Positions 10,700 through 20,990 of a stretch of DNA of 64,000 nucleotides are shown one piece after another. Numbering within the stretch: the first letter of the stretch is position 1; the number at the start of each line of letters is the position of its first letter. A program made the position numbers and the translations under genes. This DNA is from a phage, in sequence record PZ445523.1, one strand, 5' to 3'. Under the pieces are notes generated by a model. It did no database searches. It had not been told where the DNA came from and worked only from the letters and a program-made list of their open reading frames with translations.

Positions 10700-11040
10700 T
10701 TAATCTTCTATGATATCTCTATCATATCCAAGTGAAATGAGAGTTTCTTTGAAGTGTTTAATGTTCTTTTGTCTAGAATCATTAATGAAAATGACTGGAT
10801 AACGAATGTTAAGAGATGTGAATCCAGCGCGTTTAGCAAGAGATACAATCAGTGGACGATCATACTCAATCTTACCGTTATTTGTAAGAACTTTATAGAA
10901 AGTAAAAGGAGCATTGAGCTCCTTTAGAAGTTTTGTAACTGATTGACATCCAGGACAACGACCTACTTCATCTGGAATTCCATAGACTTCAATCTTATTC
11001 TTTAAGTTCGAGTTTTGTTCCACGAGAAATAATTCCTTGG
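10700..11040 (-). CDS. nrdH: NrdH-like glutaredoxin
   Basis: KIEVYGIPDEVGRCPGCQSV redoxin motif with CxxC; true start is unclear (no in-frame ATG nearby, possibly GTG). Confidence 0.5.
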
Positions 11041-11306
11041 TAAGCCCAATAAGGAGGATTAACAGAATCATCACCAGAATTTTCTTCAGGGAAATAAACC
11101 TGGATAACGAAGCCGGATTCATCAAAGGTGAAATAAGTAGTAGGCAGTTCACCTAACAAATCGGCACGAGCGTTGATTTCTTCGAGGTCTTGTTCACGTC
11201 CAGCCCAGAAGCTTGGGTTCAGACTACATTCATAGAAATAATAGTCATTACCGAACATATCAAAACCATTCCAACTCTCTACTACATACCGCTCAAAACT
11301 AATCAT
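10995..11306 (-). CDS. Hypothetical protein
   Basis: 103-aa ORF. Confidence 0.4.
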   Translation of the reverse strand: MISFERYVVESWNGFDMFGNDYYFYECSLNPSFWAGREQDLEEINARADLLGELPTTYFTFDESGFVIQVYFPEENSGDDSVNPPYWAYQGIISRGTKLELKE

Positions 11307-11308
11307 AA

Positions 11309-11524
11309 TTAAGCCTTTTTATCAAGAACAGCATTCAGCTTGTTAGTAATTTTATCCAGACGCTCATTGAACTCACTAGAAGATAAGCCCTTTTCTGGAG
11401 AAATTAAACTAATAACGAAAAATACAACAATAAAAGGAATAAGAAAAATAGCTCCAACTGCCATAAACAGAAAGAATGTTACAGTTGTAAGAAAATCAGC
11501 TAAACCTTTACGAAATTTATACAT
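11309..11524 (-). CDS. Hypothetical small membrane protein
   Basis: 71 aa with one hydrophobic helix. Confidence 0.4.
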   Translation of the reverse strand: MYKFRKGLADFLTTVTFFLFMAVGAIFLIPFIVVFFVISLISPEKGLSSSEFNERLDKITNKLNAVLDKKA

Positions 11525-11639
11525 ATTTTACCCTTAATTGATTAACCAAGCATTAATAAGCACTAAACTATATTGCGAATAAAATTCTGGACCAAAATGA
11601 AAAATCATATCATTTATAGTATCCATAATGTAATTCAAT

Positions 11640-12110
11640 TTAATCATGTGTCCACCCCTCATCGGTATTTGACCAAAGTCGCTGATTATCTGATCCTCGC
11701 CACAGCTTTTTGGTAGGAAGATTTTTCTCATACTTCCCATCAATAATAACATCAACATATTTAAGCATTTCTAGTTGTTTAATATCTTCAAACTTATATC
11801 CTGTCCACAACCAAATGCTTTTATTGGGATAAAGATTTTTAATAGTTTGAACCACAGAGTGAATCACGTCTCTGTTATCAGGATAAAGAGGGTCTCCTCC
11901 AGTTATAGTTAATCCTTCTATATAATCATTATTCAAACATTCAATTAATTGCTCTAGTGTTTCACCAGTGAATGGAATGCCATTTCTAGCATTCCATGTT
12001 GATTTATTATAACACCCTTCACATTTATGCAAACAACCTGTAACGAAAAGAACGACCCTGCAACCAGGGCCATTCACAAAATCGCAAGGATAAAATCTAT
12101 CATAATTCAT
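11640..12110 (-). CDS. nrdG: Anaerobic ribonucleotide reductase activase (radical SAM)
   Basis: 156 aa; CDFVNGPGCR and CLHKCEGC cysteine motifs. Confidence 0.9.
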   Translation of the reverse strand: MNYDRFYPCDFVNGPGCRVVLFVTGCLHKCEGCYNKSTWNARNGIPFTGETLEQLIECLNNDYIEGLTITGGDPLYPDNRDVIHSVVQTIKNLYPNKSIWLWTGYKFEDIKQLEMLKYVDVIIDGKYEKNLPTKKLWRGSDNQRLWSNTDEGWTHD

Positions 12111-13924
12111 TGGTGTTTAACCCTATGCATGATTTCTTTATTTTTACCGAGATTAAATCCGCGTTCGTTCGGATTTCCCAAATAACCACATGTTCTTCTT
12201 ATTGTGTTCATCTTTTTAGGATCAGTTTCTCCACAAATAGAACAAACAAATCCGTTTTCAGTAGGAGTCATTTCATGGGTACTTCCGCATGTAAAACATT
12301 TATCTACCGGCATGTTAACACCAAAATAATCTAAATGTTGTGCAGCATAATCCCATACGGCCTCAAGACCTTTTAAGTTATTTTTCATATCAGGAAGTTC
12401 AACATAAGAAATGTGACCACCTGTCGCAATGAAATGATATGGTGCTTCGCGGGAAATCTTTTCAAACGGAGTAATATTTTCTTCTACTGAAACATGGAAA
12501 CTGTTAGTGTACCAGCCTTTATCGGTAACATCTTTTACGCTTCCATATTTTTCGGTATCGAGTTTACAGAAGCGATAACAAAGGTTTTCAGCAGGAGTCG
12601 AATATAAACTAAAAGCAAATCCGGTTCTTTCAGTCCACTGTTTAAGATGAGCATTCATTTTAGTTAAAATTTCTCGTCCAATATCACGACCGACAAGAAT
12701 ATTCAATTCGTGAATACCAATGTATCCTAAAGACACTGAACTTCTACCATTTTTAAATAACTCAATTATGTCGTCATCAGGTTTAAGACGAACCCCGAAT
12801 GCACCTTCTTGGTAAAGAATAGGAGCAACAGTTGCTTTAACTCCTTTTAAGGAACTAATTCTACACATCAAAGCTTCAAAACACAAATCCATTCGTTCAT
12901 TAAATAGCTCAACAAATTTCTGTTCATTGAACTGTGTTCCAATATAAGAATCTAACGCGATGCGAGGAAGATTCAGTGTTACAACACCAAGATTATTACG
13001 TCCATCAAGAATTTCATTGCCAGTCGAATCTTTCCATACGCTCAAGAAACTACGGCAACCCATTGGAGAAACAGGAACAGATGAACCAGTGATAGCTTTA
13101 TTGTTCTTAGCTGAAATAATATCAGGATACATCCTTTTGCTTGCACACTCTAGAGCAAGCTGTTTAATATCATAGTTCGGATCGTCTTTATAAAGATTAA
13201 CACCTTCTTCAACAAACATAACAAGCTTAGGGAAAATAGGAGTTATCCCATCACGACCAAGACCTTTAATACGATTTTTCAGAATTGCTTTCTGAATCAT
13301 TCGTTCAGTCCAGTCAGTTCCCGTACCAAATGTAATTGTTACAAAAGGCGTTTGTCCGTTTGAACTAAAGAGAGTATTTACTTCATATTCATAAGCTTGG
13401 AATGCATCGTATACGTCTTTTTCTGTTTTAGATTGAGCATAATTCAACGCATCGGCGATTTGCCATTTTTCTGCATCCTCAATGTGTTTTGCATAGGTGC
13501 GTTTAACATAAGGAGAAAGTACTTTATCTACATTCGCAAAAGTCGTTCCGCCGTATTGGTGAGAAGCAACCTGCGCAGTAATTTGTGCCATAATCGCAGT
13601 AGCAACGCCAATTGATTTAGGGGTTTCAATCTGCGCATTACCTAGCTTAAATCCGTTCTCAAGCATTCCTTTTAAATCTACTAAACAGCAATTAGTAAAT
13701 GGAAGAGCAGGGGAATAATCAATATCGTGGAAATGGATAATTCCGCTTTCATGTGCTTTCATAATAAAAGACGGGACCATATTTTTGGCAATGTGTTTAG
13801 ACACAATACCAGCCATAAGGTCCCGTTGAGTTGGAAAAACACGAGAATCTTTATTAGCATTCTCGTTTAAAAGGTCTTTATTAGTTTTATGAATCAATCC
13901 TTCAATTTCTTTTTCAATTGTCAT
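12107..13924 (-). CDS. nrdD: Anaerobic ribonucleoside-triphosphate reductase, uninterrupted
   Basis: 605 aa; C-terminal glycyl radical motif RRTCGYLG and CxxC zinc site; continuous ORF with no intron. Confidence 0.9.
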   Translation of the reverse strand: MTIEKEIEGLIHKTNKDLLNENANKDSRVFPTQRDLMAGIVSKHIAKNMVPSFIMKAHESGIIHFHDIDYSPALPFTNCCLVDLKGMLENGFKLGNAQIETPKSIGVATAIMAQITAQVASHQYGGTTFANVDKVLSPYVKRTYAKHIEDAEKWQIADALNYAQSKTEKDVYDAFQAYEYEVNTLFSSNGQTPFVTITFGTGTDWTERMIQKAILKNRIKGLGRDGITPIFPKLVMFVEEGVNLYKDDPNYDIKQLALECASKRMYPDIISAKNNKAITGSSVPVSPMGCRSFLSVWKDSTGNEILDGRNNLGVVTLNLPRIALDSYIGTQFNEQKFVELFNERMDLCFEALMCRISSLKGVKATVAPILYQEGAFGVRLKPDDDIIELFKNGRSSVSLGYIGIHELNILVGRDIGREILTKMNAHLKQWTERTGFAFSLYSTPAENLCYRFCKLDTEKYGSVKDVTDKGWYTNSFHVSVEENITPFEKISREAPYHFIATGGHISYVELPDMKNNLKGLEAVWDYAAQHLDYFGVNMPVDKCFTCGSTHEMTPTENGFVCSICGETDPKKMNTIRRTCGYLGNPNERGFNLGKNKEIMHRVKHQ

Positions 13925-14394
13925 TTTAAACTCTTTCTAAGCTGCTTCTTAAATGAAGCTATTAACTGTGTTTTGGTGTCAGATTCATTATATTCAAATC
14001 CTCTTTGAAGCATCTCGGCCATCATTTCCTCTTTTCCTAAACGAGAAAATTCCTTTGATTTATCTCCAACAAAGTTAGGGTGAATATTATTTTGGGTGTA
14101 ATCGGATTTTAAGTAAGTAAGTAAATTTTCTAACCATTCAAGATAATCAACACCTTGTCCCTTTAAGCCAGAACGATTAAATTTGTGCTTCATTTGACCT
14201 TCTGCAGCATTGCAAAGATTACAAAGCAATCCACGTACCTTTCCTGCTTTTGGTCCATTTAATTCATGGTCATGATCAAGATGATTAGCTTGAACATCAG
14301 GATTTAGTTCTCGTTGGCAAATTAAGCATTTACCGTTTTGTGCATCATAAAATTTCTGTTTTTCTTCTTTATATAATTTGCCAGTCAATAACAT
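13921..14394 (-). CDS. 49: Endonuclease VII (Holliday junction resolvase)
   Basis: 157 aa; CLIC...HLDHDHELNG...C zinc and catalytic motifs. Confidence 0.9.
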   Translation of the reverse strand: MLLTGKLYKEEKQKFYDAQNGKCLICQRELNPDVQANHLDHDHELNGPKAGKVRGLLCNLCNAAEGQMKHKFNRSGLKGQGVDYLEWLENLLTYLKSDYTQNNIHPNFVGDKSKEFSRLGKEEMMAEMLQRGFEYNESDTKTQLIASFKKQLRKSLK

Positions 14395-14435
14395 AATAAA
14401 CCCTTACCTTAAATAGATAAGGGTATTTATTATTT

Positions 14436-14918
14436 TCAAGTATTGTAAAACATTTGATGCAATCGCTTATATTGCCGAATCTTTTGGTCAGAAAAAGAAA
14501 TTTGAGTTTCAAGCCATTCAATGTACTCTGCGGCAGCTTGCATTAAATTTCCTTCATAACCATCGTTATTTTCTTGTGCAGCTAATTTAGCTAATGCGTA
14601 TGAAATACGTTCACCTTGAAAAGCGGATTCAGGCTTCTGAACATCTTGACTAGTTCGCTCTACGACTTCTTCAATTTCGCCATTTTCTACTGATTCAGTA
14701 TTCCATAAGCACCAATACGCAGTTGGCTTATCGTAGATGTTAATAATCTTTCCGTCGGAAAGTTCAATTTCAATAATTCCAGTATCAGGTTCTATATCAT
14801 CTTCACATTCTTTTGCAAGTTCACGAACTTTAAAGACAGTACCTGCACTAAGTTCCGGCCAGTAATTACATAGCTCTTTATCAGCACGATTAATTCTAAA
14901 CCACTTATCTACTGTAAT
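14436..14918 (-). CDS. Hypothetical protein (pin-like position)
   Basis: ORF between 49 and nrdC where T4 has pin; identity not verifiable from sequence alone. Confidence 0.4.
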   Translation of the reverse strand: MTVDKWFRINRADKELCNYWPELSAGTVFKVRELAKECEDDIEPDTGIIEIELSDGKIINIYDKPTAYWCLWNTESVENGEIEEVVERTSQDVQKPESAFQGERISYALAKLAAQENNDGYEGNLMQAAAEYIEWLETQISFSDQKIRQYKRLHQMFYNT

Positions 14919-15044
14919 CATGTCCCATCTCCATATCAATTAAGTCATTTATCGTTGGTTCATTATATACTGTTTCTTCATCAGTGTAAACCGGTTCTTC
15001 CGGCTCTGGCTCTACAGTTTCCCATCTAGCCGCCCACCAAGGTT

Positions 15045-15365
15045 TTATAGCGTAATCCATTCTCGTACTGTCTGAATTACTACACGTTCTCGAAGCTCAA
15101 CCAGTTCAACGGTAGGAACTGCATAATACCAGTCAGAATGGTAAGAACCTGAGCGAGATTCATTTACAGAAACATATACGTGGTGTTTTGGGCTAAAGTA
15201 AATTACTCGACGATATTGGCATTTGCCTTGTTGAGTCCATTCTTCGGATTCAATCTGAATAAGATAGTCGGAAAAATCGAAATCATAGTTTTCCGAAAAT
15301 GCATCATGGTCTTCGATGATTTCACTCAGAACTGCATCAACATCTAATTTATTTTCAATAGTCAT
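15045..15365 (-). CDS. Hypothetical protein
   Basis: 106-aa ORF. Confidence 0.4.
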   Translation of the reverse strand: MTIENKLDVDAVLSEIIEDHDAFSENYDFDFSDYLIQIESEEWTQQGKCQYRRVIYFSPKHHVYVSVNESRSGSYHSDWYYAVPTVELVELRERVVIQTVREWITL

Positions 15366-15376
15366 TTTTTCACCAA

Positions 15377-15586
15377 TTAATTTCGCAATTTATTAAGTTC
15401 TTCATAATCAATCCAGGATTCTAATCCTGATGGCAAATCAGATTCAATTTCCCAAAGAAGCTCTTCAATTTTCTGAAGACGATCTAGTTCTTCAGCTGGA
15501 ATAGTAACCATTGATGGAGTTCTTGATACACTAATATCGTAAATCATATTTACCCCAGTTTGACCATACAATCGCCGTATTTCCAC
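15377..15586 (-). CDS. Hypothetical protein
   Basis: 69-aa ORF. Confidence 0.35.
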   Translation of the reverse strand: MEIRRLYGQTGVNMIYDISVSRTPSMVTIPAEELDRLQKIEELLWEIESDLPSGLESWIDYEELNKLRN

Positions 15587-15765
15587 TTAGAAATAGACTT
15601 TTCACCATTAGAATAATAAACTTCGAGTTTAGCACGATTATTTTTAATTTGAATAACCTTGGCTGTCATCAAAGTTCCATACCCATAGTAAACTGCAACT
15701 TCATCACCTACATATACCGCGCTTCCGCGGTAATCATGGATATAATCAGTTCCTTCGAGAATCAT
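15550..15765 (-). CDS. Hypothetical protein
   Basis: 71-aa ORF. Confidence 0.35.
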   Translation of the reverse strand: MILEGTDYIHDYRGSAVYVGDEVAVYYGYGTLMTAKVIQIKNNRAKLEVYYSNGEKSISKWKYGDCMVKLG

Positions 15766-16025
15766 TTAAAGTATTCCCGCAATTGGTCAAATCCACCAAT
15801 ATGACTTCCATCAGGAGCAAATACCTGAGGCATTGTCAAGCCGATTTGAGTATCACGACCTAGTTTCGTTAGAAGCTCAGCAATTTTCTCATCATCAAAA
15901 ACACCTTTTTCCGGCATAATGTTGATAAATTCAAACGGCTGTTTCTTCACGGTCAAAAGACGTTTTGCATTATCGCAATACACGCATTTGTGGATGTTGC
16001 TATCATAACCATATACTTTAAACAT
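15762..16025 (-). CDS. nrdC: Phage glutaredoxin (thioredoxin)
   Basis: 87 aa with VYCDNAK active site; matches T4 NrdC as I recall it. Confidence 0.9.
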   Translation of the reverse strand: MFKVYGYDSNIHKCVYCDNAKRLLTVKKQPFEFINIMPEKGVFDDEKIAELLTKLGRDTQIGLTMPQVFAPDGSHIGGFDQLREYFK

Positions 16026-16026
16026 A

Positions 16027-16272
16027 TTATTCCTTAATTCCTAGTACTTGTTTGAAGGTCTCAGTATAATCGGAGTATTGACCGGTTTGTTCTTTATATT
16101 TGTTCATAATATCATAAACTTCTAAACGCATATTATTATACGAACGGGTTAAAGCGGATTTCAATACTGAATAACTATCCGGAAATTTACCATGTTCTTT
16201 ATAATAGGCCAGAGTTAATTCACGGACCGCTTTATCAGCAGTCTCAAGATATTCTTTACGCTTTGCCATTTT
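16027..16272 (-). CDS. Hypothetical protein
   Basis: Likely start [15 protein letters not shown]; the upstream part of the ORF-track frame is probably not coding. Confidence 0.4.
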   Translation of the reverse strand, partial: KMAKRKEYLETADKAVRELTLAYYKEHGKFPDSYSVLKSALTRSYNNMRLEVYDIMNKYKEQTGQYSDYTETFKQVLGIKE

Positions 16273-16570
16273 CTTCTCGCTCAAATCGGTGTTTACAATG
16301 GCGACATTTATAACGAAGATTATTAGTCTGCCAATGGACCAATTGCACCTGTTCAGTTCCACATTCAGGGCAATTAGGAACGTTTTTAGAAGCCCTTTCG
16401 CGACGTTCAATCATGACCATTACAGAATCCCAATTAACAGGAGGGCTATAATCATCACAACCATGAATCTTTCCACGCATTTCCAGATCGTCTTCTTCAC
16501 CAGCCATAATAATTTTAATTAAACTGGAATTACTTGAAGCTGCAATGTCTTCTAATAGACGCTTTTTCAT
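16256..16570 (-). CDS. Small zinc-ribbon protein
   Basis: 104 aa with CPECG...CRHCKH four-cysteine motif. Confidence 0.5.
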   Translation of the reverse strand: MKKRLLEDIAASSNSSLIKIIMAGEEDDLEMRGKIHGCDDYSPPVNWDSVMVMIERRERASKNVPNCPECGTEQVQLVHWQTNNLRYKCRHCKHRFEREENGKA

Positions 16571-17493
16571 TTCAATACCTCAATAGCATTACGTAAACCA
16601 TTTGCTTTGGCGGTTAAAGCCTTAAGAACTTTAGTATGCTCTTCAATTTGTTTTTCAACTTCAATCAAACGAGCATTGAGATATTCGCGTTCTTCTTTCA
16701 TAGTATCATTTCCATGATTGGATTTTGGTGTAGGTTTAAATTCACTAGGGTCCTTTAATTTAATAACAAATTTAGTTTCAAACAGTGAAAGACCATAATT
16801 CGTATTATCATCAAAGGATTTGACTACATCCATATCAGATAATAACACGCGCAAATTATAAGCCAAAGAACTAATAGTTTCATTGTGTTTATTAGCTTCG
16901 CGTGGTTTCATATACGGAAGATTTTTATATATCTCATGCGGAGCGCAAACGATAATTGACAATTCAAATTGTCCATTCTGGGACGATGGAGTGAATTTAG
17001 CCGTAACCCAGTCTTTTACATTCACATTAATAGTACGGTTATCACCATGACAAAACAGTCTACGAGAATGCTTAAAAAGCATATTCACGTTATTATTGAA
17101 TTCGTGTGAAAATTCACTAGCAAATTTTTCTTTACTATCTTTAGAAAACCATTCTTCTAAATAAGTTCTTTTCACGTCGTTAATAATATTAAATGTAACA
17201 ACATTAGCATTTGATACATTAGTCTCAATGTAGCTTGGATACATAAATTTTTTAACATTATTAACAGCTATCACAGAAGATAGTAATCGGGAACGTTTGA
17301 ACCACTCGAGCAAAGAACCAAGAGAATGTGAATACGCATTTTGTGTATCTTTACAAATATGGTTTTCCCATCCAATATAGTCTAAAAAATCACGAAGAAT
17401 ATTATTGATTACTGCTCTGTGTCCGATCTGATAATTACGGTGTTTAGTAATAAGACTGTCAAAATAATCAATATAATGTTTACGAGTTTTCAT
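16567..17493 (-). CDS. Paralog-family protein A with C-terminal coiled coil
   Basis: 308 aa; central MDVV motif shared with the ORF at 18605; C-terminal heptad-rich tail. Confidence 0.6.
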   Translation of the reverse strand: MKTRKHYIDYFDSLITKHRNYQIGHRAVINNILRDFLDYIGWENHICKDTQNAYSHSLGSLLEWFKRSRLLSSVIAVNNVKKFMYPSYIETNVSNANVVTFNIINDVKRTYLEEWFSKDSKEKFASEFSHEFNNNVNMLFKHSRRLFCHGDNRTINVNVKDWVTAKFTPSSQNGQFELSIIVCAPHEIYKNLPYMKPREANKHNETISSLAYNLRVLLSDMDVVKSFDDNTNYGLSLFETKFVIKLKDPSEFKPTPKSNHGNDTMKEEREYLNARLIEVEKQIEEHTKVLKALTAKANGLRNAIEVLK

Positions 17494-17545
17494 GTTCTTC
17501 TCACTTGGTTAATGGTTTATACTCCGAGCCATCCTTGGCTTTAAA

Positions 17546-18547
17546 TTACTTAATTAACTGTAAAGCTTGTTCAAGACGATCCAGGCGATTAACAGATTCT
17601 TCCCAAATCCTTTTAGCCTGCTCATATTCTTTCTGTGCTTTATTAGAAATTTCTAGAACTTCTTTATAAGCTTTTTCTAGTGCAATAACTTCTGGACGAA
17701 TTTCTATCGGTTCAGGTGAATCGTCAAGACATTCCATTAGTTCCTCAAGGGTAGTTTCTTCTTTAGGAGTATTCACAATTTCATCACATTTTTGCTGGTA
17801 AATTTCTTTATCAGTCGGTGAGTACGCACACTTTACTTCACGAAGACTAACTACAATTTTATATCCTTCCCAACCGCATATATTCTTAAAAGGATAAGTA
17901 TGAATATTTTCTACTGTTTCCATACAAAGTAATGCAGTCTCTAACTGACGAGTTATATCACTAGCAATTGAGAAAAATTTATTAATGTTCTTTTGATTAG
18001 CTTCTGGTGTAAAAAATTCATAATTCACAAAAATAGCTGCTTTATTTTTATCAAGTTCATATTCTTTTATGATAATCATATCAGAAGCCAAAGGATGAAT
18101 TTGACGATAATCGCCATAACATAATTTAGAAGCTGATTTTAGAATTTGCTTCTTGAAAAGTCTAAAATTACTAACCCAACGACGAGTAAAAATATTCTCA
18201 GGGTCTTCTTTATTATTAAGATGATAAGAATTAACATCACCGAACCAGCTGTATCCTACTACATTTTTAGTTCGTTTAATTTCTTTCCCAAATTTACTAA
18301 GAATATCTTGATTAACTAAATATGAAAGAAGACGAGACTCTTTAAAGGTTTTCTTGATATTATCTTTATCTACACGGCTAGAAATTTTACGAATTTCATG
18401 AATAAATTTAGCAGAAGAAACAATACCTGCATCAACACTATTGAGCCATTGATTGATAATAGAAAGAACGCTATTTTGGCCAAACATCGGTATAGCTTTA
18501 CCATCAATAACGCTATTGAATGATTTGATATATTCGTTACGAGTCAT
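17546..18547 (-). CDS. Paralog-family protein B with C-terminal coiled coil
   Basis: Likely start MTRNEYIKSF; the first 17 ORF-track codons translate the promoter; C-terminal coiled coil. Confidence 0.55.
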   Translation of the reverse strand: MTRNEYIKSFNSVIDGKAIPMFGQNSVLSIINQWLNSVDAGIVSSAKFIHEIRKISSRVDKDNIKKTFKESRLLSYLVNQDILSKFGKEIKRTKNVVGYSWFGDVNSYHLNNKEDPENIFTRRWVSNFRLFKKQILKSASKLCYGDYRQIHPLASDMIIIKEYELDKNKAAIFVNYEFFTPEANQKNINKFFSIASDITRQLETALLCMETVENIHTYPFKNICGWEGYKIVVSLREVKCAYSPTDKEIYQQKCDEIVNTPKEETTLEELMECLDDSPEPIEIRPEVIALEKAYKEVLEISNKAQKEYEQAKRIWEESVNRLDRLEQALQLIK

Positions 18548-18575
18548 AATAATCTCCTCAGTAGAAAGTAAGAAC

Positions 18576-18605
18576 ATTATACCACATCCTTGTGGCAAAG
18601 TAAAC
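18576..18605 (-). promoter_or_regulatory. Early promoter
   Basis: GTTTAC, 18 nt, TATAAT; upstream of paralog B. Confidence 0.65.
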
Positions 18606-19627
18606 TAGTTCAGTGCATTTAGTGCATTGTTCAGTTTAGAACGTTGCTTTGCCAGATTTTGAACCCTTGACTGCGCTTGTTCTAACACCTTTTCAGCTTC
18701 TAGCACTTCATTGGTCGCTTTAACGAGTTCATCATCTACTGCCTTAAGAGACTTCTCAATCGCATCAGCGTGCCATTTTTCTACAGGTTTAAAATTTGAA
18801 TTTTCAGTAGGAAGAAAATTCACTTTATTAAGTTTACATGCATCTATATTGCTTGAGCTATACATCCAAAATTTAGGATCGTTTGAGGAGTAATTAGATG
18901 AATTTAAGGTATCTTGCACTTCCTGCTTTTTCTCTTGAACAACTTCGTCCTTTCTCAAAAATTCATATTTAAATGAAACGACCATATCAAGTTCATATGT
19001 TGTTGTGTCTAATTTAAATCGTTCGAAATGCCGCGAAATCCTAGACTGAACACCAGCAACAACATCCATATACTTAAATGCTTCTGTCAACTGTGATTTA
19101 AGGCATTCACAAATTGAAAGAGAATTTTTTGTATTAGGTTTAAAGCTAATTCGTGCAGTTCTATTATTTTCTTTTAACGGTCTTACTTCCATCTGAAGAG
19201 TATAACCATCAAATTTAAGATTCTTTAAGTTAATATCAGAACCTTTTAATCGACTAGCAGTAGACAAAATTTGCTTTAATTGTTTACGGAATAAAGCAAT
19301 AAATCTCCATTCAAGACGATAATGATTTGGATTAAAAAATCCAGTTGATAGATCGGTCTTACTTTGACCAACGCCTCGAACAAATAGAGGATTTTTATAA
19401 TCAATAGTTTTACAGAAATCAACGAGCTGCTCGCGAGCAGTCATTTGTGTAATATACCCTGATTCATTAAAATTACGCACCCATTCACTGCTGTTCAGAT
19501 GTTTAAAGGCGTGAATGGAACAATTAACTTTATTAAGGTCTAAATTATTTTCACACAAAAATGTCATAACATCACGATTATAGCTGGCATTACGAACCAT
19601 ATCTTCAATTTGAGAACGAGTTTTCAT
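18605..19627 (-). CDS. Paralog-family protein C with C-terminal coiled coil
   Basis: 340 aa; starts MKTR like protein A; KYMDVVAGV central motif. Confidence 0.6.
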   Translation of the reverse strand: MKTRSQIEDMVRNASYNRDVMTFLCENNLDLNKVNCSIHAFKHLNSSEWVRNFNESGYITQMTAREQLVDFCKTIDYKNPLFVRGVGQSKTDLSTGFFNPNHYRLEWRFIALFRKQLKQILSTASRLKGSDINLKNLKFDGYTLQMEVRPLKENNRTARISFKPNTKNSLSICECLKSQLTEAFKYMDVVAGVQSRISRHFERFKLDTTTYELDMVVSFKYEFLRKDEVVQEKKQEVQDTLNSSNYSSNDPKFWMYSSSNIDACKLNKVNFLPTENSNFKPVEKWHADAIEKSLKAVDDELVKATNEVLEAEKVLEQAQSRVQNLAKQRSKLNNALNALN

Positions 19628-19635
19628 GGTGTTCC

Positions 19636-20550
19636 TTAAGATTTAAGTAAATCAACAATTTTAATTAACTTTTCACGCTCAGATTTAGCTTTACTACTCA
19701 GTCCAGATAGTCTGAAAATTTCATCGTCATATTGTTGAATAGAAATATTCAGCTCTTCAATTTGCTTATTAAAATAATCAATTTGCTCAGAATGTTTTTC
19801 GTTACTACGAACTGGTGCAGGTTTTGTAGGCAATTTAGTTGAACTGGATTCATCCGGGCGATAAATTAAAATACAATTTGAACCAATCGGGCATTTAGCA
19901 CCAGACACATATTCTAATGTTCCAGCTTCTTTTAAAACTTCAAAAGCTAAACAGAGATGATGCCCCATATTAACATAATCTGTAGAGCGAGCTCTGATGT
20001 AATAATCATCTCCACGAGTACTAAATTTAAAGCATTTAAGGTCTTCTGTATTATTAGTTTTAAAAATCATTTGTTTATCTAGACCTTTAGCTAATCGAGC
20101 GCCTAATGCTAATAATCGTCGTTGATTTTCCCACAAATCCGCAATCATTTGGTCGAATGATAATTTCGGCATTAGTCGGCCATAAAGGTCATATCCTTTA
20201 TTATAATTACGAAGGATTTCACTCGCGTTAATACGAGACAATGCTCCAATTTTATTAAGGGCTTTCATAATGCGATTAGATAAACTCATTCCAGACCCAT
20301 TTGTTCGCTGTAAATGTTTTTCTAATCCAAATCCAATATCAACTTTAAATTTATCTAAAATTTCAGCATGAACATCTCTGTCAATAACATTCAAATCCAA
20401 AGTTGGGTTAAATCTATGAAAAAATTTATCTGGCTCTCCACGACGAAATACAGTCCATTCATTCATCATTTTTTTATTAACTAAGGATTTAATTACTGCA
20501 TTGACATTATTAATTACTACTGACATATTTTCCTCACTCAATTTTACCAA
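19636..20550 (-). CDS. Paralog-family protein D with C-terminal coiled coil
   Basis: 304 aa; same size class and C-terminal coiled coil. Confidence 0.55.
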   Translation of the reverse strand: MVKLSEENMSVVINNVNAVIKSLVNKKMMNEWTVFRRGEPDKFFHRFNPTLDLNVIDRDVHAEILDKFKVDIGFGLEKHLQRTNGSGMSLSNRIMKALNKIGALSRINASEILRNYNKGYDLYGRLMPKLSFDQMIADLWENQRRLLALGARLAKGLDKQMIFKTNNTEDLKCFKFSTRGDDYYIRARSTDYVNMGHHLCLAFEVLKEAGTLEYVSGAKCPIGSNCILIYRPDESSSTKLPTKPAPVRSNEKHSEQIDYFNKQIEELNISIQQYDDEIFRLSGLSSKAKSEREKLIKIVDLLKS

Positions 20551-20935
20551 TTACGCGGAATAAGATTGAACAGACTATATAAGTACCACATATAGATTGA
20601 ACTAATGCCATTCCAAAGAACCAAACAATATTATCAAACCATGTCTGTTTTACGTCGAAAGGACGTAAACTTACAGTAATATTATCACCTTTTTCTATTG
20701 ATGAATACATCTCTGGGGAAATATATTCACTAAATCTATAACCGTCTTTGAGTTCATATACGGCAATAAACGATAAACTAGACCCCTTTCCTTGAGTTCC
20801 TGTAAGGGTATTAACTACAGGAACATCATAATCTTTATAATGCATATAATCATTAATTGCGTAATAACCATATGCAATTACTATACATAAACAACATATC
20901 AATAAATTCAATCTTTTAATTATCAACTGTTTCAT
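20534..20935 (-). CDS. Small membrane protein
   Basis: 133 aa with N- and C-terminal hydrophobic helices; overlaps the start of protein D. Confidence 0.5.
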   Translation of the reverse strand: MKQLIIKRLNLLICCLCIVIAYGYYAINDYMHYKDYDVPVVNTLTGTQGKGSSLSFIAVYELKDGYRFSEYISPEMYSSIEKGDNITVSLRPFDVKQTWFDNIVWFFGMALVQSICGTYIVCSILFRVIGKIE

Positions 20936-20990
20936 AATAATCTCAATTAAAAGGGCTTAGAACCATTATACCATCCTTGGTATAAAGCGG

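Noticed and set aside
12107-13924. Possible group I intron or intein inside nrdD
   Set aside because: The reading frame is continuous over 605 codons with conserved N- and C-terminal motifs and no internal stop or GC-rich structured insert.
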